Assembly (NCBI GenBank): GCA_951406725.2
Contig: OX597814.1
Location: 202,616,001-202,680,000 of the forward strand
DNA length: 64,000 nucleotides
Reading direction: 5' to 3'
Source: Octopus vulgaris
Taxonomy: Eukaryota
In this document: positions 1-9,925 of the stretch, piece after piece
Numbering within the stretch: the stretch's first letter is position 1
How the letters are laid out: each line of letters begins with the position of its first letter
Notes under the pieces: generated by a model
Told to the model about the DNA's origin: nothing
Database searches by the model: none
The model's input: only the letters and a program-made list of their open reading frames with translations
Program-made: the position numbers and the translations under genes

Positions 1-499
1 GTGATATTTTCTCATGATCAGACATGTTATTCATGGGAGATTGTGAATGAACAACATCACTTCTATGAATGAGATGCTCATTTACAACCATCACAATATC
101 AAGACAAGAGTATACACACACACACACACACACACACACTTGTATGGATGTATGATGGGCTTCTTTCATTCTCCATCTACCAGATCCACTCACAGGTTTT
201 GTTCAGCCCAGGGCTATAGCAAAAGGCACTTGCCCTAGTTTCCATGCAATAGAACTGAACCCAAGTTTCTTAATCAGCAAAGCCCCAGTGAGTTGTAGAT
301 TCTTACCCTCTGCCTACCTCAAACTATGTCCATTTTTTATTTTTTGAAAGAAATCCAAGTTTGCCAGACCATTATAATAAAAAAATCAATAAAGACTTAG
401 TTTTGTTTATTCCCAGGTCACCTCATTTTAGCACATCTTGATCATCAATGGCATTCCACAAGAGTCCATTTCCCCTTTTCAGACATAGTTTATTTCAGA

Positions 500-1963
500 C
501 TAGCAGGAGTACCTGGCATTGCTCAGGTATTGAATACTCAGCAATGGTCTTAATAGGTTCTACCATTTTTTTTCCTTCTACATTTCTTTGAATGTTTTTT
601 GCGTTAAGTTGCAAACATTGACATTGAGGAAGAAGGGATTTTTCCCCAAGTGGCATTTATTAGTTGAACAACCAAACGCTGGGGGAAAGTGCTTGAAGTT
701 CGGGTAATGATGGTGGAGGGAAATGTTTACAAATCACACAATGTCTTGCCATCACTGGCATTTTATCCTTTTAGATTGGTATTGATAGGATATTGTCTAA
801 TTATGATGGGATTGGTGTAAATGGCATGAACTAAGTGCCATTAGTCCTTTTTGCACATGAAGGAGTGAGAGTGGAAGAGTGACATAGACCTAGCCCTCTG
901 CAAAAAGGTGAAGCTGTTGGAGAGGGAGGTGTATCCATGTTTTGCAGTTTTCTGCAGAACCTGGATGCACAGGGGAAAAAGAAGAAATAATTTCCAGAAA
1001 TGATGCAACATAGCAGTTTTTTCGCAACATAAAGCAAAAAACAAAAAAAAAAGGGCATTCCTTAAAACAACTTTCTTGGGTGTAACTCTGCAAAAATACG
1101 CAAAGGTCATGTTTCACAGTATTTTGTAGATCTGTCACAAGTTAAATAAAGAATATTAACCAAAAATAGTTTTAAACCATTGTTGAGTCATCTGTATTGT
1201 TCATGTGAGATTTGGACAAATTTGGTCAAAAATGAGGGATTTAAGGGCAAAAAATCAGTTTTCTGTGCACTTTTGCAATTGATGGTCATACACGGATGAA
1301 TTCTGTGCAAATCAGTCTCCTAACGTTATCCTTAGGATGAGTAAATAGTGTGTAAAGTTTGAATGCAATCCACCAAAGCAGTGAGAAGTTTTTGAAGATT
1401 TAAAGGGGGAAAAGTGTATAAAATCGATTTTTCATGTTTTTTTGTCACAGAGGAATGGCTTTGGACATAGAACAGATATGTGATAGAACCACCATTATTA
1501 CATCATGGTTTTTTAGTTGTAAAGACCAAGGAAATTGGACTTTCCTGTAAAAAGTTTTCTACCATGTAACTGTACAAAAATGCAAAAAATTGATTTTTTT
1601 TCTAAGATTTTTGCAATTTTCTTGGGAATCAGGGGCCCCAATGTAGTGTCAAAATATTTGTCTGAAATTTTGCAACATGACGGTCCTTTTGATACCAAAA
1701 TTATAAAATTCAGACATTCCTGTAAAAACTTTTCTTGCATGCAATTTTTGCCTGTTTTTGCAAAAAGTAGGGATCCCTCCAGTTTTATTGATTTTTTTTT
1801 CTCCTAGAAGTGGGGGAGGGGGTATCTCAAGACATCAGTAATGTAGCAGTGACCTGCCTGGATAAATTTGCCATTTAATAAAACAAATTTCATCAAAATC
1901 GGATGAAAAATGTGGAAACACATAAAAAGCACACACACACACAGACATATTGAGTTTTATAGA
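500..1963 (-). mobile_element. Non-autonomous Helitron
   Basis: Minus strand reads A|TCTATAAAA...CTAG|T (AT target). Subterminal hairpin TACCTGGCATTGCTCAGGTA lies near the CTAG end; (CA)n near the 5' end. Confidence 0.75.
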
Positions 1964-2621
1964 TTACATCATCCATCCATTATGTCGTTTCTTTTTGAAA
2001 GACATTCAATGTGATTTGTGAGATTTGGTTTTAATTTCTAGCAAGATGGGCGACCATATAAAGGCTCTTTGGTTAGCTCATAGAGATTCATTGTAATGAT
2101 TTTAGCTTGTAAAGACTAATTTTAATGATTTTTAGCTGCAAAATGCTAGCCATTGTGAAAGAGTACATAAATCTTCCAAACGGAATAAAGAAATATGTCA
2201 GATATTACTTTTAGCTTCATGGAGATGTGTTTTATGATTGCTGCAATAAGAATAGAAGATAGCAGAGGGAGAGATACAGCATTGATACTTTAGGAATAGT
2301 TCGATAAAACTAGCATTTCTGTAGGTTTAGATAGTGTATGTGTGTGTGTGTGTTAGTGTTTCTCTCAAAAATGGTGTGATAAATGTTTATAGTGTATTCA
2401 TATGGCCCTCAATTCAATCCTACTGTGTAGCACTTTGGACAACTGTCTTCTTTTCTACTGTAGCCTTAACTTACCAATTCTTTGTGTGTGTATGTGTTGT
2501 CATTTTTATTCATCATCATCATTTAATGTCCATCGTCCAGGCTGGAATGGACTGGATGGTTTGACCAGAACTGGCAAGCTGGAGAGCTGCACCACCCTCC
2601 AGTTGGATTTGATATGGTGTC

Positions 2622-2626
2622 TATTA

Positions 2627-2667
<41 letters not shown>

Positions 2668-2684
2668 ACTACTACTACTACTAC
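2622..2684. repeat. (TTA)n/(CTA)n microsatellite
   Basis: Direct reading; source of poly-L/N/I ORFs. Confidence 0.95.
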
Positions 2685-2685
2685 T

Positions 2686-3030
2686 TGTGGCATTCTGTTG
2701 GTTATGACAATGAAGGTTCCAGTTGATCCAATCAACGGAACAGCCTGCTCGTGAAATTAACATGTAAGTGGTTGAGCACTCCACAAATACCTATACCCTT
2801 AACGTAGTTCTTGGGGAGATTCAGCATGATACGACAGAAACAGGAAGAAAGAGTGAGAGGAAGTTGTGGTGAAAGAGTACAGCAGGGTTCACCACCACAC
2901 CCTGCTGGAGCCTTGTGGGGCTTTAGGTATTTTTGTTTAATAAACACTCACAACGCCTGGTTTGGAAATTGAAACCACAATCCTATGATAGCGAGTCCAC
3001 TGCCCTAACCATTGGGCCATGGCACCTCCA
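2686..3030 (-). mobile_element. tRNA-derived SINE, family C
   Basis: tRNA-like head (GGAGGTGCCATGGCCCAATGGTTAGGGCAG...GGTTTCAATTTCC on -); colinear with the copy at 22939-23329; inserted in (CTA)n. Confidence 0.85.
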
Positions 3031-3079
3031 CTACTACTACTAGTATATTATGTATATTTCTTTTCCTTTTCATTCCAAT

Positions 3080-3437
3080 ATACCTGTGGCTTGTGCCCCC
3101 TGACTGGTTCCCATGCCAGTAGCACATAAAAAGCACCATCTGAACATGGTCGATCCCAGGACTGCCTGACTGGCTCCTGTGCCGATGGCACATAAGAAAC
3201 AACAACGCAATGTGGTCAATTCGAGATCTGCCTGACTGGCTCCCATGCCGGTGGCACATAAGAAGCACCCACTATACTCTCAGAGTGGTTGGCATTAGGT
3301 AGGGCATCCAGCTGTAGAAACATTGCCAGATCACATTGGAGCCTGGTGCAGCCACTGGCTCTGCAGACCTCAGTCAAACTGTCCAACCCATGCCAGTATG
3401 GAAAACAGACGTTAAATGACGATGATAATGATGATGA
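3080..3437 (+). mobile_element. RTE-LINE 3'UTR (family D), 3 internal ~65-bp units
   Basis: TGGCACATAAAAAGCACC units, GGCATTAGG.AGGGCATCCAGCTGTAGAAA block, (GAT)n tail. Confidence 0.85.
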
Positions 3438-3669
3438 TATACATGGAAAGAAAAAGGGAGAGATTATTAGATTTAAATATTCAGAAAATAGTTTATATAT
3501 TAGCTTAGGTCTACTTTTTGTATCTTTATCACCATTAATGACCAATTAAAATTAAGTAAAAGCATGAAAAAAAAACCCAGAAAAAAAAAAAGCTCACATT
3601 TATCAGAAGACCTTATCACTTTCATTTACTTCCTAGAAATTATTTCATTCTTTACTTAGTAAGCAACAA

Positions 3670-3930
3670 TTATGGAACAATTTGCCAATAGCTGTTTTAA
3701 GTTTTTAGTACATATCAGCCTTCAACGTTAAATTACTTTCATTTACTGACTTAAAAATATTTATGAGATCTAACACTTTTTTTTCTACATTGCGCAGCTG
3801 ACAGCATTCTCACATCTAATGACAGACAGACTGTAGCTGCTCTCTGTAACGTTTTTTATAGTTACTGTCATCTTGGTGGTGCTTGAATAACAGTTTAAAT
3901 CTACTAAATAGCTTACAAATAACTTTAGCT
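3670..3930. repeat. Diverged direct duplication, partner at ~6910-7200
   Basis: Shared TTATGGAACA.TTTGCCAATAG.TGTT.TAAGTTTTTAGTACATATCA and downstream blocks. Confidence 0.8.
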
Positions 3931-4239
3931 AGTCCTGTACTTGAAATGTTGTTTTGTTGTGCCTTTTTCACCACCAAATAAAACCAAGACCGTATGTTCA
4001 CTTCCAGCATTGAAACGGTTATGTGCTTCCAGCTAGCATGTTTGAAGCATATCTGTGTTGCAAAGTGTAATAGTGGATATGAAACCATTGGTAGCATTCT
4101 GATCAGCTATATACTATGATCAGAAATATAAACTACATGACAATGTAACAATATATATATATATATATATATATATTGTTACATTGTTAAAGATAGAGAG
4201 AGAGAGAATGGTTGGAAAGGAATTTCACAAGTTGATATG

Positions 4240-4642
4240 TATAAGAAAAATAAGACAAGGTAGAAAATGCAAAAATAGTTTTATCATGAAGAACATTTTA
4301 GTACCGGTTTCAGCCTTTGCGACTTTTTCAACTTAGAGTAAAGCATGGAAAACAATTAAATTGTGGAAAAATTAAATTAAATGTTTTTTAAAAAATATTT
4401 CCATAGTTTTCAAATGCAAGGGATATTTTCCTTTTTTTCAGTCTGTCTCTGTCTCTCTTTTTTACTCTTTGAAAACTATGGAAATATTTTTAAAAAAACA
4501 TTTCATTCAATTTTTCCACAATTTAATTGTTTCTCATGCTTTACTCCAAGTTGGAAAAGTTGTAAAGACTGAAACTGGTACTAAAATGTTCTTCATGATA
4601 AAATTATTTTAGCATTTTCTACCTTGCCTTATTTTCCTTATA
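4240..4642. mobile_element. Inverted pair of Penelope-like pseudo-LTR fragments (arms ~4240-4413 and ~4469-4642)
   Basis: Arms are reverse complements; each carries a hammerhead-like motif; flanked by AT microsatellites. Confidence 0.6.
4298..4335 (-). ncRNA. Minimal type-I hammerhead ribozyme motif, U3-A8 variant
   Basis: Minus strand: aag UUGAAAA aguc gcaaa ggcu GAAA ccgg UA cuaa; palindromic stem III ACCGGU; stem I is weak. Confidence 0.5.
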
Positions 4643-4776
4643 TATATATATGTGTGTGTGTGTATGTATGTGTATTTATGTGTGTGTGTGTGTGTGTATG
4701 TATGTGTATTTATGTGTGTGTGTGTGTGTATGTATGTGTATTTATGTGTGTGTGTGTGTGTATGTATGTGTATTTA

Positions 4777-4807
<31 letters not shown>

Positions 4808-4924
4808 TTATGTGTGTGTGTGTGTGTGTATGTATGTGTATTTATGTGTGTATGTATGTGTATTTATGTGTGTGTGTGTGTATGTGTATTTATGTGTGTG
4901 TGTGTGTGTGTGTGTGTATTTGTA

Positions 4925-4957
<33 letters not shown>

Positions 4958-5030
4958 TTATGTTTGTGTGTGTGTGTGTATGTGTATTTATGTGTGTGTG
5001 TGTGTATGTATGTGTATTTATGTTTGTGTG
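4642..5030. repeat. Compound (TG)n microsatellite with higher-order TGTATTTATG(TG)n unit
   Basis: Direct reading; followed by the family A SINE body (CATTGCTTGACAACTG...GGTGTGTTTACATCCC). Confidence 0.95.
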
Positions 5031-5352
5031 TCTGTTTGTGCCCTCCCCACCACCACCATTGCTTGACAACTGTTGTTGGTGTGTTTACATCCCTGATTTC
5101 GATTTCGCACTTGCCTCAACAGGTCTTCGCAAGTAGAGTTTAGTGTCCAGTGAAGGAAAGATATGCATAAGTGGGCTGGTTACACCCCTGGCATATGCCA
5201 CAAGGTTATGGTCTCACTTGGCTTGCCACCCTATATACATACCTGTAAATGATAATAATGATATTTTTATAAGCTTAAAGTTTATAAGCAATCACCGTGT
5301 ATAGACTAAAGAAAATAAGTCAAATATCAGGGCATTTACGTCCCAATATTAA

Positions 5353-5570
5353 AGGCAGCAAGCTGGCAGAATCATTAGCATGCTGGACGAAATGCTTAGC
5401 GGTATTTCACCCATCACTACATTCTGAGTTTCAATTCTGCTGAGGTCGACTTTGCCTTTCATCCTTTCAGGGTCAGTAAAAAAGTATCAGTAGAACACTG
5501 GGGTTCATATAACTAACTCATCTCCTTCCACACAATTGCTGCCCTTGTGTCAAAATTTGAAACCATTATT
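5353..5570 (+). mobile_element. tRNA-derived SINE, family B (Meta-domain-like)
   Basis: GGCAGCAAGCTGGCAGAA head; GTCGACTTTGCCTTTCATCCTTTC.GGGTC core. Confidence 0.85.
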
Positions 5571-5636
5571 ATTTAAAGAATTTTAAAAATACACAATGCT
5601 GTTTATCAAATCCATCATTGCATATATATATATATA

Positions 5637-5972
5637 ATGAGTGCTCATTTTCATTGTTCGACATATACCATACATTACATGTTTATTACATCATACCCTG
5701 ATACTGTGTGGATTAATATCCCCATTGACAGGCCACTGGTATTTATTGAGTGTTAAACACTTTTGGTACACAAATTAGGGACTCCTTCATAGAGTAACTG
5801 CTGCATTTGTTGAGTATATAAACAGTTTGTCTGCTTGTTTCTCTGGAGACTGTCAGAATGATGTGGATTCCTCTGATGAGAATCCAATAAGGTTCGAAAA
5901 TCGATTAAGGCTGTTTTTTCAGTCTGCAGAGAAATGGCTAAAATTTACCTTGTTTATGATTACACCATATGT

Positions 5973-5975
<3 letters not shown>
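5637..5975 (+). mobile_element. Penelope-like pseudo-LTR relic
   Basis: TATA-like GTATATAAAC at ~5814, then a hammerhead motif; (TA)n on both sides. Confidence 0.55.
5870..5910 (+). ncRNA. Minimal type-I hammerhead ribozyme motif, canonical core
   Basis: ccu CUGAUGA gaaucc aauaa gguuc GAAA aucgau UA agg: all core nucleotides, stem I ccu/agg, palindromic stem III AAUCGAUU. Confidence 0.7.
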
Positions 5976-6010
<35 letters not shown>

Positions 6011-6016
<6 letters not shown>

Positions 6017-6175
6017 GAATTTACAAAAGACGAAGACGGGTGTGTAAATAACAAACAGATGTATTAGTTTAACGCTCGGGAAGTGAGAAAGTTTTTTATG
6101 TTTCGATCCTACAGAAAGGAACACAGAAATAAACAGAGAAAATAAAAAAGGTTTTGTGGCTAGTGATCTATCATG
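6011..6175 (-). mobile_element. Penelope-like pseudo-LTR relic, same family as 48341-48530
   Basis: Reverse complement of 48341-48530; hammerhead segment partly deleted but GAAAC retained. Confidence 0.6.
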
Positions 6176-6197
6176 TATATATATTTGTACATATGTA

Positions 6198-6472
6198 TGC
6201 CAGCGCCGCCTTGGCTGGCTTCCGTGCCGGTGGCACGTTAAAAGCACCAACCGATCGTGGCCAATGCCAGAACCCCCCCTGGCACCTGTGCCGGTGGCAC
6301 ATAAAAAGCACCCACTACACTCGCGGAGTGGTTGGCGTTAGGAAGGGCATCCAGCCGTAGAAACACTGCCTGATCAGATTGGAGCCAGGTGCTGCCGCTG
6401 GCTTCCCAGACCCCGGTCGAACCGTCCAACCCGTGCTGGCGCGGAAAACGGACGTTAAACGATGATGATGAT
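6198..6472 (+). mobile_element. RTE-LINE 3'UTR (family D), young CpG-rich copy
   Basis: Two units, conserved 3' block, (GAT)n tail. Confidence 0.9.
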
Positions 6473-7959
6473 GTATGTATATATATTATGTATATATTGT
6501 TTTTATGCTGACTGTTGATTAATGTTTATTTATTCTTTATTTCTAGGTGAGGACCTTTCATTTGTTTTATGGTGGTTAATAAGAGAAAATGTTCAAATAT
6601 TTTGAGTGCTGTAAGTAAAAACAAATTTTGATGGAAGTTTACAATTCTTTTTACATTTAATCTGTAATGTTTTTGTTGTGCTCCAGTGAACCATAATGTG
6701 CAGCAGTTGTTGTTGTGTTGCTTTGGTCATATAGTGATGGTTGGCCAAACGTTTAAGTTTGATCCACAGATCCAAATTGCCATATTTTCCATCCAGTTAA
6801 GAATCATAAAGCACATTCTGATATGCATAGTTGATTTATATGTGATGCAGTGTTGCACTTTGGATGTGCTGTACACTGGCTACAGTCCAGTCTTTCTTCG
6901 TATATATCATTATGGAACACTTTGCCAATAGTTGTTCTAAGTTTTTAGTACATATCAATAGCTAACATTAAATTAAGTACTTTCGTTTGACTTTAAAATA
7001 TTTATGAAATCTAAAATGTTTTGTGTTTTTTCTACATCATCCAGCTGACATGATTCTCACATGTGATGACAGGCTGCAGCTGCTCTCTGCAACTTTTCCA
7101 TTTGGCTTTCATTTTGATCATCATCATGACAGTGGTGTTTTCTAGTACATTTGCTAGTAATTTAAATCTACTAGTAGCTTACTAATAACTGCAGTTAACT
7201 CTATAGTAATCTACATATTGAGTCCACAAGTGGTGATAAGAGGATTGGTGGAAACAAAGCTTCATTATGAGCCTGCTTTCCTTGATCCTCTCACTCATTT
7301 CTTATCTCTTACCATCACTCTTGCAACCCCTACTTATCCACATTTCTTGTTCTGCCCCACTCTTACTCACCTTGTGTCTTGAAGATCCACACTGATACCT
7401 CATCACCCCCTACTTTTTTTTCTATCTTTCTAGTTCCATTGCAACCCCTTCTATGCTCTCTTCCGTAATGTGAGTAGTTGTGTCCATTCCCTACTTGTTC
7501 TGGCCCTTCATCCCATGACATAAAGGTCCCTCTACTGTGGCCCCACTCATTCTCAAGAGGTCTTAATCTTGCTGGCTCAAGAGCTCTTAGTCTTGCACCT
7601 CACTAGTGCTGGTACCTCAAAAAAAAAAAAAAATTACCCGGTACATGCTGTAAAGTACTTAGCATCAGGAAAGGCATCTAGACATAGAAACCATGTGAAA
7701 GCGAGCATCAGAGCACAATGCAGCCTTTGGGCCCATTGGATCCTCTCAGACTGCCTAACCCATGCCAGCATGGAACATTAATAGATGATAATGATTTCAT
7801 CACACAGCTACTTCCCTCTTGATTTATGTTGTGGTGTGTTACCTAGTGGGACATTTGGTGAGGTTGGAAGTAGTATATTCATTATGCAAGTGTATTTCAT
7901 ATTGGTTTTGTTTTTATTCTGAATATTTGCACTTTGAGTGTGTTGTCATGTCTTCTGAT

Positions 7960-8200
7960 TAATGTAATGCTTTTTGTAGTATCTGTATAACTGCTGCAGA
8001 CTTTTGTGTACAAGTTCTTTTCTGTGGCATGGTCTGCTCTCTTTTATTGAAATGTAATTTGGGAAGTGAAGAATCAGGTGTTGAGACTTGTAATTTTATT
8101 TCTTGTATAATAATGACATGACTGTCATGTTTGATGAAGTATTTTACTTCCATAAAGGTATTTTTTAGGCCATTAATGTTGTATTGCATTAAAAAAAATT
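7960..8200 (-). pseudogene. Decayed non-LTR retrotransposon APE endonuclease N-terminus
   Basis: QYNINGLKN...VIIIQEIKL resembles the APE motifs xNxNGL and xxxQETK. Confidence 0.7.
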
Positions 8201-8959
8201 ATTTTGCATTTTCTTTATATTGTGTATATTGGTTACTTCTGCTGTTTCTGTGTATTTTATGTATGAAATGCTTACCATTTGAATTGATGGTGAAGTTATG
8301 AATGTATGGAAGGAGATAATGGCAACACTTTTGACTTTTTATATTTTGTAATTTGGGATTTGTAAATATGTTTGACATTTTTTGCTTGTTCATGAGGCGT
8401 GTGTGTGTGTGTGTGTGAGTGTGTGAGTATATTGTTGAGTTGTTCTTACTCTTGAAAGTATTCAGTTTGTCATTTCATGCAGTTCCATCACATTCCAAGT
8501 AATTCGACGCTTTATGTTTAACTGCATGAATTCTTGATGTTCAACAGCTATGCTTTCCTAGAATGAATCTTTACCATCCAATCGACCTTCCAGGAATGCT
8601 AGGACCATCTTATCTCATTTTCTGCTATATCATATCCATTTTATTCATCCATTTATATGACAGAACAGTGGAATTTGAGAGCAATTTAGCAGCAATTTCT
8701 AACAGGTTGACGCTTCTTTGTTGACTTGTGAAAATTGAAGTAGATGTGGATAAATTTAAGATCTTTCAATGGTGATTTATTACAGAAAATGAAAAATTGT
8801 TGCTATGCCATTGTGTCTGGTATCAGAATGTCGTTTGTAAAACACTCACTCCAAGTGAGTAACAAAATGCGTACTTGCCAGAAAAGAAAGGACTTCCATT
8901 TTCTTCTGTAAATATCTATCCATCCATCCATCCATACATACATACATACATACATGCAT

Positions 8960-9310
8960 TTTTTTTGTCCATTATTCCTGAGAAAGTTGTTGGGTAGAGT
9001 CCTGTAGCAGTTCCTCCATAGGGTTCTACCAGACCAGCTGTCATTACACTTTCTGACTGGATTCCTAAGCATAGACAGCAGAGATGATGGACATTATCTC
9101 ACCATTTTATTCTTGGTCTATCCCTAAGTTTCCTGCTGGTTGGCTTAGTATGAAGAATCTGTCTTGCGACTTTTTCCTGCAACATTCTAACCTCATGTCT
9201 GTAGTACCAGAGTTGTGACTTCCCAATACCGAGAAGTAGCAGTTTGATTTGGAAAGACTCACTGATCTTCAGGTTATACTCCTTGTTGAATAATGTTACT
9301 CTAGAGATAA
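8960..9310 (-). pseudogene. RTE-clade LINE ORF C-terminal fragment (Rex3/Expander-like)
   Basis: Translation LLLLGIGKSQLWYYRHEVRMLQEKVARQILHTKPTSRKLRDRPRIKW* resembles the RTE C-terminus LLLRIERSQLRWFGH...RGRPRTRW. Confidence 0.8.
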
Positions 9311-9925
9311 TTTACAATCCATACCAAATATAAAAGGTGGGGGGGAGTGGAATGATAATGAAAAATAGAAGATAAAGACTTCAATCTTATTAAGTATTTT
9401 AAGACTTTGTTAAATTATTTTCTGAAGATTTTGTTTTTTTGAAAAAGAAGGTACTTTGCATGAGATTTTCATTGCTAATAATGGTTCAGAATATCTGTGA
9501 TGGGATACCAAAATATGTTATTAACCGAGATATTAAATCCAGTTTTGGCTTGGTTGATGTCACAATTCTACTATAAATCTATTGTTACAGTAGTAAAATC
9601 TTATTAATAAATCTATTTAAAGATAGAATAGAATAAATTTATTGATTGACACTAATAAATTCTTTAACTGATCATTTTGGAATTGAAAATTGACTGGATA
9701 TTGATTTCTTGTTTAAATAGAAAACACTTTTTTTTTTTGAAATTTGTAAAAAGGAAAGACATAGAGTCGTATTACTGGTACAGATTTAATGACCCAGAAA
9801 GATTTCTATCTAGTCTGGCTGTTTACAGTAGACACCGATACAACTAATCTAATGTATACTTTAATTTAGAGCCAGCCCATTCATATTTGTTAGAATTGTC
9901 AATATGATAAATGGAATAATATATG

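Noticed and set aside
4624-5143. Long Cys/Val-rich ORFs (also poly-I/N/L and YI ORFs at 2402-2784, 51757-52278, 59503-59796)
   Set aside because: Translations of microsatellites, not genes.
6547-6610. Coding exon
   Set aside because: Stops in all three frames; kept only as a non-coding or RS-exon candidate.
8450-8550. Faint resemblance to 5.8S rRNA on the minus strand
   Set aside because: Diagnostic motifs (GATGAAGAACGCAGC, GAATTGCAG) are absent.
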